Of a stretch of 64,000 nucleotides of DNA, positions 11,525 through 24,734 are shown piece by piece (the first letter of the stretch is position 1; every line of letters begins with the position of its first letter). This DNA comes from Octopus sinensis (Eukaryota). The stretch lies in NCBI RefSeq assembly GCF_006345805.1, contig NC_043004.1:11408001-11472000 (forward strand). Direction: 5' to 3'. The translations under genes were made by a program, and so were the position numbers. Under the pieces are notes generated by a model. The model saw only the letters and a list, made by a program, of their open reading frames with translations, did not search any database and was not told the origin of the DNA.

Positions 11525-13619
11525 AAATCTCTCGTAGAGACATGTACGGTGGTGGGGCGATAGAATGGTTGTATACAACCATTCTGTCAGGATTTTTTCG
11601 TCACAAATAAGCAATTAAACTTCGAATACAATATACTTTAAAAGGAGTTAGATATGTTTACAGTCAACAATTTTATTGCATATGTCGTCACCAAACCTGC
11701 TAAAAGTAGTAACTAAAATATACCTTAAATCACAATTTAAACTTTTTTTTTTTTTTTGAGTCTCAGATCTCATAAGACCGATTACCCGATATGTCGTAAA
11801 AGCGATTAAAATCTTAACATTACTGCCGAATAAAACGTCGGTCCGTTGCGGTTTCAAAGCCTGCAATTTTTGACGAGAGAGACAAGTCGATTACATCGAT
11901 TACAGTCAAGGCCAGGTATATTAGTTTATTCACTCTGAAGGTTGAAAGCAAATTTAACTTCAGTGATATGTGAACTAAGAACGTAAAGATCCGGAAGAAA
12001 TACCGCGAAGGATTTTCTTTGACGTGCTAACGCCGCTGCAAATTATATTACCGTCTTAAAATGAGGACTTATTGGTAAATTTTTACTCTGACGTACAAAA
12101 TGTCAAAATAGACACAGCTGGATCAACTTTTATGTATATCTCTGTATCAACCGGGTTCATTTGGGACTATACAAGAGCAATAACTCTTCATTTAATTCGC
12201 AACACTGTCAATAGGTGTTGATTAGTAGTTGGGAGTGTGTATGTGTGTATGTGTGTTTGTGTGTGCGCTCTTGTGATAATGCGTAGTTTCTGATGGTTAC
12301 ACTGTCCAGGGGTGATGTGTTGGTGGCGGTGGTGCAATTTTTTGTGACAATGGTATTGGTGTTCGTAGTCTTGATATGATGGTAGAAGATTAATATTAGT
12401 TGAAGTAGCAGCAGTGACTGGAGCAGCAACATCAGCAGCGGTGGTGATGATTGTTTACGTGCTGGATAATTATTGTTGACGTTAATGTTGTTCGGCCACT
12501 GTTTTGCACTGATCTACCTACGCCTTCAATCAAATACATTACTACCATGACACCTCCATTTATATTATATATATTTTAAAAAATTCTGTGAACGGGAAAC
12601 CCCAATAAAACACAATACCCATTATGTCGTTTGTAGAGACGTTAATGAGGGTGATTTGGATTTGACAGCTATTTCTAACAGGCAAAGCAACTACACAACT
12701 TAGAGGCTACCTTGATAGCTTCTGCGGCAAATGGATGGATGTGAATATGATGGTGTTAGCATTTGGTGATGACGAAGGAGCCGGAGATCTGTAGTGGTGA
12801 TGGTGGGAGTAGTGCCGGCGGTGGTGGTAGTGGTTGTGAGGATGCCTGTGGAAGTGATTCTAGTAACAGTGGTACTAGAGATTGTGACAATAACAGAGAA
12901 TGTGATTGATGATGGTTGTGGCGAAGGTGGTAGTGGTGACTGCGGCGAAGGTTAAGATGATAGCAGAGATTCTAAATATACAGGTAGAAATGAAGGTGGC
13001 GATGGCGATGGTGGGGGGGAAGGGTGATGGTCATAACGATGGTGATGGTGGTGGTGCCGACGGTTCCGAGAAGTAGTTTAATGTGACTGTTGCTGATGTT
13101 AATTTCAGATCAATCCTGAGCAAACCTACGGCCATAATCTATTCTAGCCATGTCCACCCGTCTTTTAAAAGAAATTTATCTTAGATTGCATTAATCGATA
13201 TGTGCTTAAGCTACAAACAGCCGTCTCTGGAGAGCTATTACAGCTTGGTGCCATGTGCCATATTTCAATAAGTGTTTCAAGAGACTATGCAGTAACGAGC
13301 AGGCGCATGCAACGTCTCTGGTCCCTCGCTCTCGTCACATAGAAACAGCCAGAATAAGATGTCTAGTGGGAAACAGGGTTACACTGTAATTTGGCTGGTG
13401 TACATGACAGCTGACTAGACTGGAGTACTATGAAACAACAGATCGCATTGTCGAGTATTAGAACCCACCACCTGACGATTAGGAACCGAAAACCCTAACC
13501 ACTAGTTGATTTGTCTTCATTATATCTGTAAGTCTATATTTTCAAAGAGCGAAGATTATGGTTTGTGAACAATTTGACTGCTATTTCTACCAAGCAGCGA
13601 TTCCTTGTCCCTATAGTTT

Positions 13620-13877
13620 TCAAATTCTGGCACAGGCCAGCAAGATCGGAGTGGGGTAAGTCATTACAACGACCCCAGTGCCCAACTGTTACTTATTTTA
13701 TCGAAAGTGATTTTGGGCAACGTAAAGACGGACGAAATGCTGCTTATTTTATCGATCTCTAAAGAAATGAAAGGCGAAGTCAACTTTGGTGGATTTTCAA
13801 CCCGGGGACTAAAGATGGACGAATTGCCGTTAACTGTTTCGTCAGGCATGCTAACGTTTCTGCCAGCTCGTCCCCTT
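13620..13877 (-). mobile_element. Old rearranged family A SINE
   Basis: Reverse-complement head CTAACGTTTCTGCCAGCTCG and a GAAATGAAAGGCGAAGTCAAC core. Confidence 0.6.
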
Positions 13878-13895
13878 GTTTGGATACGGAAATAT

Positions 13896-14465
13896 ACTTT
13901 TCTACTATAGACACAAGGCCCGAAATTTTGGGAGAGGGGGCCAGTCGATTAAATCGACACCAGTATGCAACTGGTGCTTAATTTGTCGACTCCGAAAGGA
14001 TGAAAGGCAAAGTCGACCTCAGCGGATTTTGAACTCAGAACGTAAAGACAGACGAAATAGCTATTTCTTTACTGCCCACAAGGGGCTACACACAGATGGG
14101 GCAAACAAGGACAGACAAACGGATTAAGTCGATGATATCGACCCCAGTGCATAATTGCTACATATTTAATCGACCCCGAAAAGATGAAAGGCAAAGTCGA
14201 TCTCGGTGGAATTTGAACTCAGACGAAATACCTATTTCTTTACTACCCACAAGGGGCTAAACACAGAAGGGACAAACAAAGACAGACAAACGGAGTAAGT
14301 TGATTATATCGACCCCAGTGCGTAACTGGTATTTATTTAATCGACCCCGAAAGGATGAAAGGCAAAGTCAAAATCGGCGGAATTTGCACTCAGAACATAA
14401 AGACAGCCGAAATATCACTTCGCACTTCGCCCGGTGTTCTAACGTTTCTGCCAGCTTGCCGCCTT
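13896..14465 (-). mobile_element. Family A SINE trimer (one head, three bodies; tails A1, A1, A2) inside an 18-bp TSD
   Basis: Three GAAAGGCAAAGTC cores. Flanks are GTTTGGATACGGAAATAT (13878-13895) and GTCTGGATACAGAAATAT (14466-14483). Confidence 0.8.
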
Positions 14466-15203
14466 GTCTGGATACAGAAATATTAATTAAAATCTAGCAA
14501 ACTAACACCATTGCTTCCACCAATAAACAAAACAATAATTAGGCTGAATACAGAATTATTAATTAAAATCTACCTTGCCCTTCCCCATTACTTCGACCAA
14601 TTGCCAATTCCATAGATAATTATAGACACACAGATGTGTATCTTGTAGAGTTGCTAAAAGTTCGTGTTGATAATGTTGGTTGTGTTTCGTTGTTATTCTT
14701 TTTAAACATCAGGTCTCCCAGCTTGAGCAGACCAATAATCAAAGACGTTCCAACCACGACAAACCCTCTTCTTTGTGTATGTAAAAATTACATTGCTCAA
14801 TATTCCCACTGTGCTTCTTTTTTCAACATTTTTAGGTGTGATTCGAGCAAGATTTTATTGCTATTACTAGCAAAGCTGTGAACTATACAGAAGATCATTT
14901 GTTAGCAAGTAGTAGCCGTTTGCTATAGTTGTAGTGACGTTGGTGGTGATGGTTTTGGTGGTGGTGTGGTGGGGTGAAGGCGTTGTTGCTGGTGCTAATT
15001 ATGTCGAAGAAGTTTCTGTAGATGTTAAGCAATGTCATGGGAGACGCAGGCAATTTTTTTTTTTTAATTTCTTTTTCCACTGTCATTAGTTCCTCAGCTA
15101 ATTGTCTTGACATCAATAAATAAACTCTCCACACGTTAGCTCATGATGCTTGGTCACAGAAATAATATTTGTAATTATAGCTGAATGAGTGCACTACTTG
15201 TCG

Positions 15204-15250
<47 letters not shown>

Positions 15251-16239
15251 GGTGGTGGTTGTGCTGATACTGGTGGTTGTGGGGATATAGTGGTGGTGGT
15301 GATTATTTTGCTGGTTGTGTTGTTTAGCTACCCTGACTACCAGACCTGTTCTAATCAGAAAACTAAAAAGACATTGATCAAAGTCGTTCCATTCTTGATT
15401 CTAACAGACAATGTCTCGATTCGCTACAAATAGCAGCCAGGTCATCTGCAAATATCAGACTTCCTTCCTTAAAACTGACAGAAGAAAAAATCCGAAAAAT
15501 TGTGATCTAGAATCCCATCACCTCCAGAAGTAAAGTTTTCTTTGTTTATTTTTCGTCTTTGGATTTGGTTTGCAAGATTCTTCATGTGAGTTCGTGTGTT
15601 GAAGCATATTCTGTTGTGTCTGGAGAGAGTCATTTTCTTTTTGTGCCTTATGATTTAACACACTCACCGGTAAAACTTCCCCTTATTTCTTATTTTTTAT
15701 AAAATAAAAATAAAGATAAAAATAAGTATTAAATTATAAGGCATAAAAAGGATATGACTTTCACCAGACGCAACAGAATTTCTTTGTTTATTTTCACGGA
15801 CTGAACGCTTTGATGGCAAGTTTTTATCAGTTCAGCTGATCTAGTTCTAAACAACAACAAGAACAGTAATAATAACTTTTACAAATGGAAGATCCTAGAG
15901 CTGATAAAAAGTGGTGAGGTTATCATTCTTTTTTCATCATTTGACTTGGTGGCAAATCTGGCTTTGGCTTTGGCTTGCTAAGCGTTCTTAGATATGAGTT
16001 TCCTCGTGGCAAGAATGAGACCCAAAACATTTTTAGTAATAAGAAAGGTTAGTTTGTTCCTCTATAAGCCGTTGTATTGCTTTATATGTTTAAAACCTTA
16101 ATACGAGTTATCGCTTTTCACTGCCTTTGTAGTTATGATGTTGAGTTTCTTGCGTAATATTGATGATGCTCCGGCCAGTTGTATTACTTTAGCAGATGAC
16201 CATTCGCTGACTAAATAATTATAACATTATAACTCAGAT

Positions 16240-16615
16240 ATGTTTCTGCCAGAGATTGGGCGAGGCCATGTCTAACTTAATAGCAGGATCGGATAGGATC
16301 TGATAAGTGATTTTTAAGTTAGGTTTTGTGGTATCAACAGAACCTCTAATCAGGTAGGGATTCGCAGTTGACTGAGATATATCTAGATATAGGTGACTAG
16401 TATTCTTTGTAGAATTTTGTCCAGGTTTCGTTTGAAGGTGATGGCATTTTTTTCTTCGTTGATTTTCTAGGGGATAATTTGTAATAGAGCAGGGCCTGTT
16501 GGGTAAAAAAAGATTGTGTTCCAGTGAATTTATGTGTTGTGATTTTGAATTGTGTAGTGGGCGTATGACTTGTGGTCCCAACTTTGGATGAATTATGAAT
16601 CTAATGTTAAGGTCG
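16240..16615 (-). mobile_element. Degraded CR1/Jockey-group LINE 3' end, copy 1
   Basis: HPKLGPQVIRPLHNSKSQHINSL...PTGPALLQIIP*KINEEKNAITFKRNLDKILQRI. It shares GGCCATGTCTAA(C/T)TTAATAGCA with copy 2. Confidence 0.6.
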
Positions 16616-16632
16616 TTTGAATCTAGAACTAG

Positions 16633-16900
16633 AAAAGCACTCGGAGAGCGCAGACCGCCGCCAAGCAGCTCATTTCCACCCATGTACACGCGTGCTGAAA
16701 ATCGCCCAATTTCCCAAACCAACGCCAGCCAAAACATAACCGCCTCCCATACTTATCTCGACCATCGTCATCATCAACACTTTCACTGCTTTCACCATAA
16801 TCACCGTTAAAACTACGACAACCACAATCAACTTCTTTACAGAGTTGAAAATCCATTATCCGATACACATGGGACCGAGATTATCGAAGAAATATGTGAT
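16633..16900. mobile_element. HINE/DINE-1-like (Helentron-associated) element terminus, partial; right boundary uncertain
   Basis: AAAAGCACTCGGAGAGCGCAGACCGCCGCCAAG is the same terminus as the element at 24735. Confidence 0.5.
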
Positions 16901-17139
16901 TTTTCTAATTTCGGAGTGCTTTATAAAAAAACATTGCATCTACAAAACGGTACAGTTTGAGGATAGAAGCCAGGTCTAAACACAATAGCTTATAGACATA
17001 CTCTGAATATAGTTCTTCATAAATCTTTAATAATTTTTTTTTATATTTAAGACCATCAGAAATGTTAAGATATCAGCCTCTACCCACGTTGTCATACTTT
17101 GATTAAAAGGTTACAGCATAGATTTGATTACTTAGATAA

Positions 17140-17470
17140 GTTTCGGCCGAAGTTAACTCAGGCCATGTCTAATTTAATAGCACCAGCTGGAAGAGTTACA
17201 CAGTCAGCTCTGGGGAACCGTAGCCCATTCAAGCAGTGGGTTATTGTTTTCAGAGACATATCTGGCTGTGGGTGGTTTATCTGGTATTTGTTGGGGGTAA
17301 TCATCTAGGGATCGTTTGAATGCTGTGAAGTCACTTTCCTCCTTAATGTGTGTCTGGCACGATGTTGAAGAGAGCAATTGAGATGAAATAGTTCTGTCAT
17401 AGTGTTGTGATGCGACACGAACATTTCTGTAGTGGACGGATGGCACGAGGACCAAGCCTCGGACGAATTT
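17140..17470 (-). mobile_element. Degraded CR1/Jockey-group LINE 3' end, copy 2
   Basis: RPRLGPRAIRPLQK...ALFNIVP.HIKEESDFTAFKRSLDDYPQQIPDKPPTARYVSENNNPLLEW resembles the typical FKR.LD.FL..IPD.P...GY...N.N.L..W terminus. Confidence 0.7.
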
Positions 17471-17600
17471 TAAAGATGAGCAATGTTGATGGAATATTTT
17501 TCACACTATACAGATGATATAGAGCTCACATCAGCGGTGGAGGGAGCAAAGCCTGAGCTTTTTGAGTCGATCCCAATCAAGGCTTGTCATGTTATCCTCT

Positions 17601-17972
17601 GCAGACCTCCGCGAAGCAGCTCATTTTAAGATAGAAACGCGAGTAAAATTACTAGTAGGGAAATGAAAATAAACTTTGGAAACAGTAACGCCACCATAGG
17701 TTACGTGGAAACGATGAACTTGTTTTCAAGGGAGATAATCAAAGAACGTAAAATTGTAATACTTCATGTAAAGTAAATATAACAAATGAAAAATCCTTCG
17801 AGAATCCATAAAAATTCCCGAATTTCATCATCTGTTCCTTGCCTCATTACCAAATTTTCCTGCAAGTCTCATCAAATGCCGTTAACAACGTTTTGAGTTA
17901 TTTTGCACACAGACGGACAGACGGACAAACCAACGCCGATGAAAACATAACCTCCTTCCTTGGTGGAGGTAA
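17601..17972. mobile_element. HINE/DINE-1-like non-autonomous element
   Basis: Sub-terminal GCAGACCTCCGC at the left, a (CAGA/CGGA) microsatellite, and a terminal hairpin ACCTCC-TTCCTTGGT-GGAGGT (17950-17970). Confidence 0.6.
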
Positions 17973-18764
17973 CTATGATATTATCTCCGAAATGTAACAC
18001 TGTATGTTATATTCAATGTATCACAACTAAACGAGAATAGTATTGCGACATAAAAATTGTCTTAAGGCGTATGTTTTGCCTAAATCTTCGCTGTTTAATT
18101 TCCAAAGGATCAATTTTCATTTAACTCCAGAAACACATAGCCATGAAATTAAACCTTGCTATCTTATTTTACATCATTAATCTAATAAATTTCAAGTTGT
18201 CGAAATCAGTAACTGGTTTACGAGTAAGAGGTAGCCCAGAATATAACATTGATAAGAAAATTGTAGACTGCTTCTTCAACAAGAAGAAGGCTAACAACCT
18301 TTTGGAATTTGTTTTCCAGTCTGAAATTAATCGATTGTCATTAAGAAATTATTACAATGAGTGTTTCCCAGAAAGAACAGGAAATTAGATGATGCGGTTC
18401 AAATCTACCAGGTTTAGTTTTGTGCGTTATCTTTTCGAACAATTCATTCAACCATAAAGAGTATATCATCCACCAATGATATCCGTCGCATTGAAATTGG
18501 TTTATGGGTGTTGATCATTGGACATACGATGATTGCTTGGTTATATAGACACTAAGTGTGAGTGAATATAAGCTTACCTTTGCGTTTCTATGCAATCTCA
18601 ACATAGGCCGTTAAAGACTAACAACACACCCGTACCCACATATACACTTACGTGAAGATACAGGGGCAGGTGTGAATCCGCGTGTGCGTATGCATAAAAG
18701 GGTGGGTGGACATGCGTGTTTATATATTACGCATATAAATACACCCATATATGAGCATATGTAG

Positions 18765-18882
18765 TAGTGGTAGTAGTAGTAGTACATTGATTTCAGTAGT
18801 CGTCCTAGTAGTAGTGGTGGTGGTGATGGTAGTAGTTGTAGAAGTAGTAGTTGTAGTAGTAGTAGTAGTGGTAGTAGTAGTG

Positions 18883-18916
<34 letters not shown>

Positions 18917-19155
18917 CGGTGGTAATAATAGTAGTAGTAGTAGTAGGAGGAGGAGGAGGAGGAGGAAAACAGTGAAGTTGGTAGAAGCATTAGTAGCTGT
19001 TGTAGTATTTGTTGTTGGTATAGTAGTAAAGTGGAGTTGGCTGTAGTAGTAGCAATGGTAGTATTAGTAGTGGGTAGTTGTTGTTGTTGGTAATGGTAGT
19101 GGTAGTGGAGGTGGCGGTGGTGGTGGTGATAGTAGTAGTAGTAGTAGTAGTAGTA
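18765..19155. repeat. Compound (GTA)n/(GTG)n/(GGA)n microsatellite
   Basis: Direct trinucleotide repeats, partly decayed. Confidence 0.9.
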
Positions 19156-20584
19156 AGTAAATCTAGTTAGAGGTGAACAGGTGGAGGCCTTCAGAAAACA
19201 ACACCAACTCACGCCGTACAAGTGTATCGCAATTAGCACCTTTACGCTCTGAGGATCCTGGACCACAACACCAGAGCTGCGCTACATGTCGTTAATTTAG
19301 TATATTGCGCCATGAAGGTGACGTTGACCCTGGGGGCGACAGTGACGCTGAGGTCATTATGGCGACCCACGCTTTCTTCTAGTGCAATCACATTTCACGA
19401 GCTATAGGCTGATTAAACCAAAGTAGATATATATATTCTTTAGAGATTTCAAATTAAATATATAGATTTTATGGATTCCAAAATAAATATATACACATTA
19501 TTAGAGTTCTTCCGCAAAATAAATGATATTAGATCCACGGTTAATTTATTCAGAAATTATGCCCCAAATTCACCATTTTAAAGCAAATTATTCATGAATG
19601 ACCCCTAAGAAGGGCGATTCTAATCCATCAAAACGAAAGGCAAAAATAAAATAAAAACAGGAAGATGCAGTAAAGAAATGATGCAACCAAGTTCTTTGTT
19701 CTTTCGGAATCTTATCTTTGTTACATTTCAATATGTTCTCACTTGCTTCACAAAGTCCAATATTCCTAAAGAACTGTTTGTTATCATTTTGTAGAATCAA
19801 TACTTATATATTATTGAAGTAGACCAAACACTACGTTGATTTCTACTTGTTTTTTGTTTTGTTTTGTATTTCCTATGATAAATGTTGTATTTTAAGTTTA
19901 ATGAATATATTTCGATTAATATATTTATTCAATTACTTCTGCGAATTTCAGTAGCTTCTCTTCTTTTTTTTCCTTCATATTTTTTTTTGTTCCTGTTGTA
20001 TTCTTTTCTTTCTTTATTTATCTTACTTTATCCACTCTTATTTAACAATACATTTATTAGTTTAGTTTTCTTTTATATTTATTTATTCATTATTTATTGT
20101 TTAACACTCAAATAGGATATCAAAGTCAGTCTTTGGAACAGAATGGAGCAAACCATTCGCCAAATGGCTTAATCAACTGACCATTTTTATGTGTCGTTTT
20201 GTTTGGAAGAGCGCCGTTAAAGAAACAATCCGTTAGGTATTTCAATTGTGTTTTATTAAAGTATTTACTCCTGTAATTGGAGTCAATAAATAAACTCTGC
20301 AATTGTCAATATATCAAATCACATAACACACATTTGTTTACTGTTATTTTGTAATTTCTTTCATTTTATATATTAATTTTGTTCAATTTTATTTATTATT
20401 TTTTTCATATTATTCCTAAAAAATATAAAAAGTAAATAAATAATCTACCGGTATTTCTTTCTTTTCAATTTAATGTTATAAAATGTTATTTTATTTCCTT
20501 CCATCATTTATCATATCATATACATATACACACATACAAACATATATATGAATATATATTATATATATATTCATACATATATAC

Positions 20585-20654
<70 letters not shown>

Positions 20655-20945
20655 TACATATATACGTATATGTGTGTGTAAGTATGTATATAATTATACA
20701 TAGTTCTGTGTATATGAGTATAGATGTACTTTTGTATACATGTGTGTGTATGATTACATGTATTTATATATGTTCCCGCGAGTTTATTCATCTGTTCACA
20801 CGCTTAACATACAACTAGCTACACACTATATGCTATATGTTTTATGTGTGTATGTATGTGTGTGTATTGTGCGCGCACAAGTGTGTGTATATATATGTTA
20901 CATGCGTATCTTTGTATGTATATAAATACATATCTACTATATGCC

Positions 20946-20978
<33 letters not shown>

Positions 20979-22196
20979 ATATATATTATATATATATATA
21001 TTCAGTGTACTGCATGTATATATGTTTTTATATTTTTTGTAATCTATATATACGTATGACTGTGTGTTTATGTATGTCTGTATGTCTGTATGTATGTATG
21101 TATGTATGTATGTACGTATGTATGTATGTAAGTAATTATGTATGTAAGTATGTATGTATGTATATATATACACAGGCACACATTCATGCACCCAGATACG
21201 CGCGTTCGCGTACACGAACATATATACACCTCCATCAATATCATTGTCGATAAAAATCTAATTTATTGTAACATTTTTTAATGGTTTTCAATTTTCTTCA
21301 GAGTTGCAACTCATAAGTTTATTCCCACCACCACCCCATACACACACACATACACACACACACACACACAGACGCACACTTCCTCACAGCTAAACACACA
21401 CCCATACATACACATGCACACACAACCAATCGATAAAGCGAAACTTATAAATTTTTTTATCCCCAACCACCCTTATATTCCCGTCATCACACACCATTGT
21501 TGCGATATTCCACCAACGCCAATTACACTGCGCCTAACTCCACCATAGCCGTACTGTCATAAGTATAACCGATACTAGGATGACTATTAGTCACACTTCG
21601 GCAAAATTTAGTAGTATAGTCGCCAGCAACGTGACAGCAATGGTGACTTACCTATTGCAGCAGAGACATCACTAATATCGGCAACACCAGCTTCACCTTC
21701 TTTACAATTATGATCATTACCATCATCATCAACACCCAAAGCCTCAGTGTCGTCGTCATCACAGTGGTATCATGCATATCAAATCGCCATTATCATCATC
21801 ATCTCAGCAGCAACAACAATAATGGCAACGGTAGCAACAACAACAACTATGTTTATTGTTGAATTACAATATATATGCATACACACATATCTATATGTGC
21901 GTATGTGTATATATATATATATATATATATACATACATACATACATATATAAATGCATACATATATACATGTATATATATATATATATATATGCAGATAT
22001 ATATATAGTTGTGTACGTATGTATCTATATAGACATACTTCTTTATACATTCGTTCAACCATACAAATACACCCATACAATTATATACTTACACCCATAC
22101 ATATATATATTCAAACGTATAATTATATATTATATGTATATAAATATACGTATGTATATACATACATATACATATATGTATATACAAATATACATA

Positions 22197-22239
<43 letters not shown>

Positions 22240-22318
22240 GTATTATGTTTATACACATATATATATATAGATAGATATATATATACACATATATAGGCTT
22301 ATATACTTACATATATGC

Positions 22319-22355
<37 letters not shown>

Positions 22356-23100
22356 CATACTTGCACGCACACATACAAACACACATACACACACAAACAC
22401 ACACACAAACATATATATATATATACATGCATAACATCTTACCTGTATGAATATATAGATGTATATATATATATATATATGCAGGTACACACACACACAT
22501 ATGTATGTACATATACACATATGTACACATACATACATATATATATATAAATGTATGTACGTATGTATATTAATAATAAATTAATAAATGATAAGAACAA
22601 GAGCTAGCTTTGAAGTAAGAGTATGTTTTATATTAGAATATATTTTGTTGTTTTAACACGAAAAGAAATTAGCATATTTCTTTCATGAATATTAATATTA
22701 ATAATGTTTGTTTACGAGCGCAGGAAGCATGGTTGTTGTTGTTGTTATTTTTGTTGCTGTTACAGTGCTCCTGGTTCTTGAGGTGGTGGTGTCGGTGCTA
22801 GTGGTGGTATTGGTGGTTGTAGCAGTATTGGTGGCTGATGTTTAAATGCCAGGTTATTCCTGTTCTACTTGCTATGTATACCCTTTCAGGCGTTCCAGTC
22901 GTGACTATTCCCGCTATTCTGATTTAATTTTAAAAAATGTTGCATGTATATCTAGAACTGTAATGTATTCTATTCTTTATGAGAGAGTATTATAAGTGAT
23001 TTCGTTGCTATATTTAGCAGATCGAGCACCTAAGTGGTGGCTCGCTAGTTTTACCGCTGGACACAGAAGAATACAAGATGTATATATATATATATATATA

Positions 23101-24664
23101 TACTCTCTCCCTTTTTTCTCACGTCCCTCCCTAATTCTTCTGTCCCTCTGCCTCTACCGCTCTTCTCTCTCCCCACGTAACCGGTGTTCGGCCAAGCCTT
23201 ACCTTTCTTTCTTGGTTCGACTATCATCCGTACGACATCTATATTCCTCCCCATGCATGTCATCTCTTATGTCCCTACCATAAGGCTTCACTTTCACACA
23301 TGCCAGCTTAATTTAATTCTCCCTTAGTCGAGAGGCACCTGCTGTTATGTCCTGTTATTTGAATTAGTATTTGTGTACCATTTCTCGTTTTTTTTCCCGT
23401 CCTGGTTTTCATATACATTTGCTCCTTTGTTCCAAGGAATCTGATGCTCTTAGCTTAGTTTTACCTTGGGGCTGGCGAGATTGAAGCAATCTCGAGTATA
23501 AGCAGCCGAAATTACAAAGATAATATGGAACTCGACTGAGGAAGAAAACTTCAATGACCCGTCCGGGTTTTTTCTTGTCCCTCTTTTGTATCATCTGTCT
23601 GGATGTTTTTTTTTGCCCCATTTGTATCATCTAGCTGTGTGGTTGTTTTGTGTCCTCGTCACATTTTTTGTATTCCTTTACATATATATATATATATCAG
23701 GCGTGGCTGTGTGGTAAGAAGATTACTTCGCAACCACACGGCTCCAGGTTCAGTCCAATACGTGGTACCTTGACTAAGTGCCTTCTACTATAGACTCGGG
23801 CTGACCAAGGATTTGCTAGAGGGAAACTGAAAGAAATACGTCGTATACATGTATGTATATATATATAATATATATATATATATATACTCTCTCCCTTTTT
23901 TCTCACGTCCCTCCCTAATTCTTCTGTCCCTCTGCCTCTACCGCTCTTCTCTCTCCCCACGTAACCGGTGTTCGGCCAAGCCTTACCTTTCTTCTTGGTT
24001 CGACTATCATCCGTACGACATCTATATTCCTCCCCATGCATGTCATCTCTTATGTCCCTACCATAAGGCTTCACTTTCACACATGCCAGCTTAATTAATT
24101 CTCCCTTAGTCGAGAGGCACCTGCTGTTATGTCCTGTTATTTGAATTAGTATTTGTGTACCATTTCTCGTTTTTTTTCCCGTCCTGGTTTTCATATACAT
24201 TTGCTCCTTTGTTCCAAGGAATCTGATGCTCTTAGCTTAGTTTTACCTTGGGGCTGGCGAGATTGAAGCAATCTCGAGTATAAGCAGCCGAAATTACAAA
24301 GATAATATGGAACTCGACTGAGGAAAGAAAACTTCAATGACCCGTCCGGGTTTTTTCTTGTCCCTCTTTTGTATCATCTGTCTGGATGTTTTTTTTTTGC
24401 CCCATTTGTATCATCTAGCTGTGTGGTTGTTTTGTGTCCTCGTCACATTTTTTGTATTCCTTTACATATATATATATATATCAGGCGTGGCTGTGTGGTA
24501 AGAAGATTACTTCGCAACCACACGGCTCCAGGTTCAGTCCCAATACGTGGTACCTTGACTAAGTGCCTTCTACTATAGACTCGGGCTGACCAAGGATTTG
24601 CTAGAGGGAAACTGAAAGAAATACGTCGTATACATGTATGTATATATATATATATATATATATA
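23101..24664. repeat. 784-bp near-identical tandem duplication bounded by (TA)n
   Basis: The units start TACTCTCTCCCTTTTTTCTCACG at 23101 and 23885. Each contains about 590 bp of unassigned sequence plus a family B SINE 5' half (23699-23850, 24483-24633). Confidence 0.95.
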
Positions 24665-24729
24665 GAAGAAGAAGAAGAAGAAGAAGAAGAAGAAGAAGAA
24701 GAAGAAGAAGAAGAAGAAGAAGAAGAAGA
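24665..24729. repeat. (GAA)n microsatellite
   Basis: Perfect GAA run. Confidence 0.95.
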
Positions 24730-24734
24730 GTGAC

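Noticed and set aside
11267-11728. Possible TTAA-flanked (piggyBac/Kolobok) element
   Set aside because: Only a 3-bp terminal match (GGT/ACC), which is expected by chance.
16234-16737. 167-aa ORF, the longest complex-looking ORF
   Set aside because: It is a chimera of HINE terminus sequence and a frameshifted LINE 3' remnant.
23531-23567. CTGAGGA-containing hammerhead-like candidate in the duplicated unit
   Set aside because: It has no GAAA (CAAT instead) and stem I is out of register, which is too weak to call.
23697-24200. 167-aa minus-strand ORF
   Set aside because: It runs through the duplicated unit, (TA)n and a SINE, has no recognisable domain, and its frame differs between the two duplicate copies.
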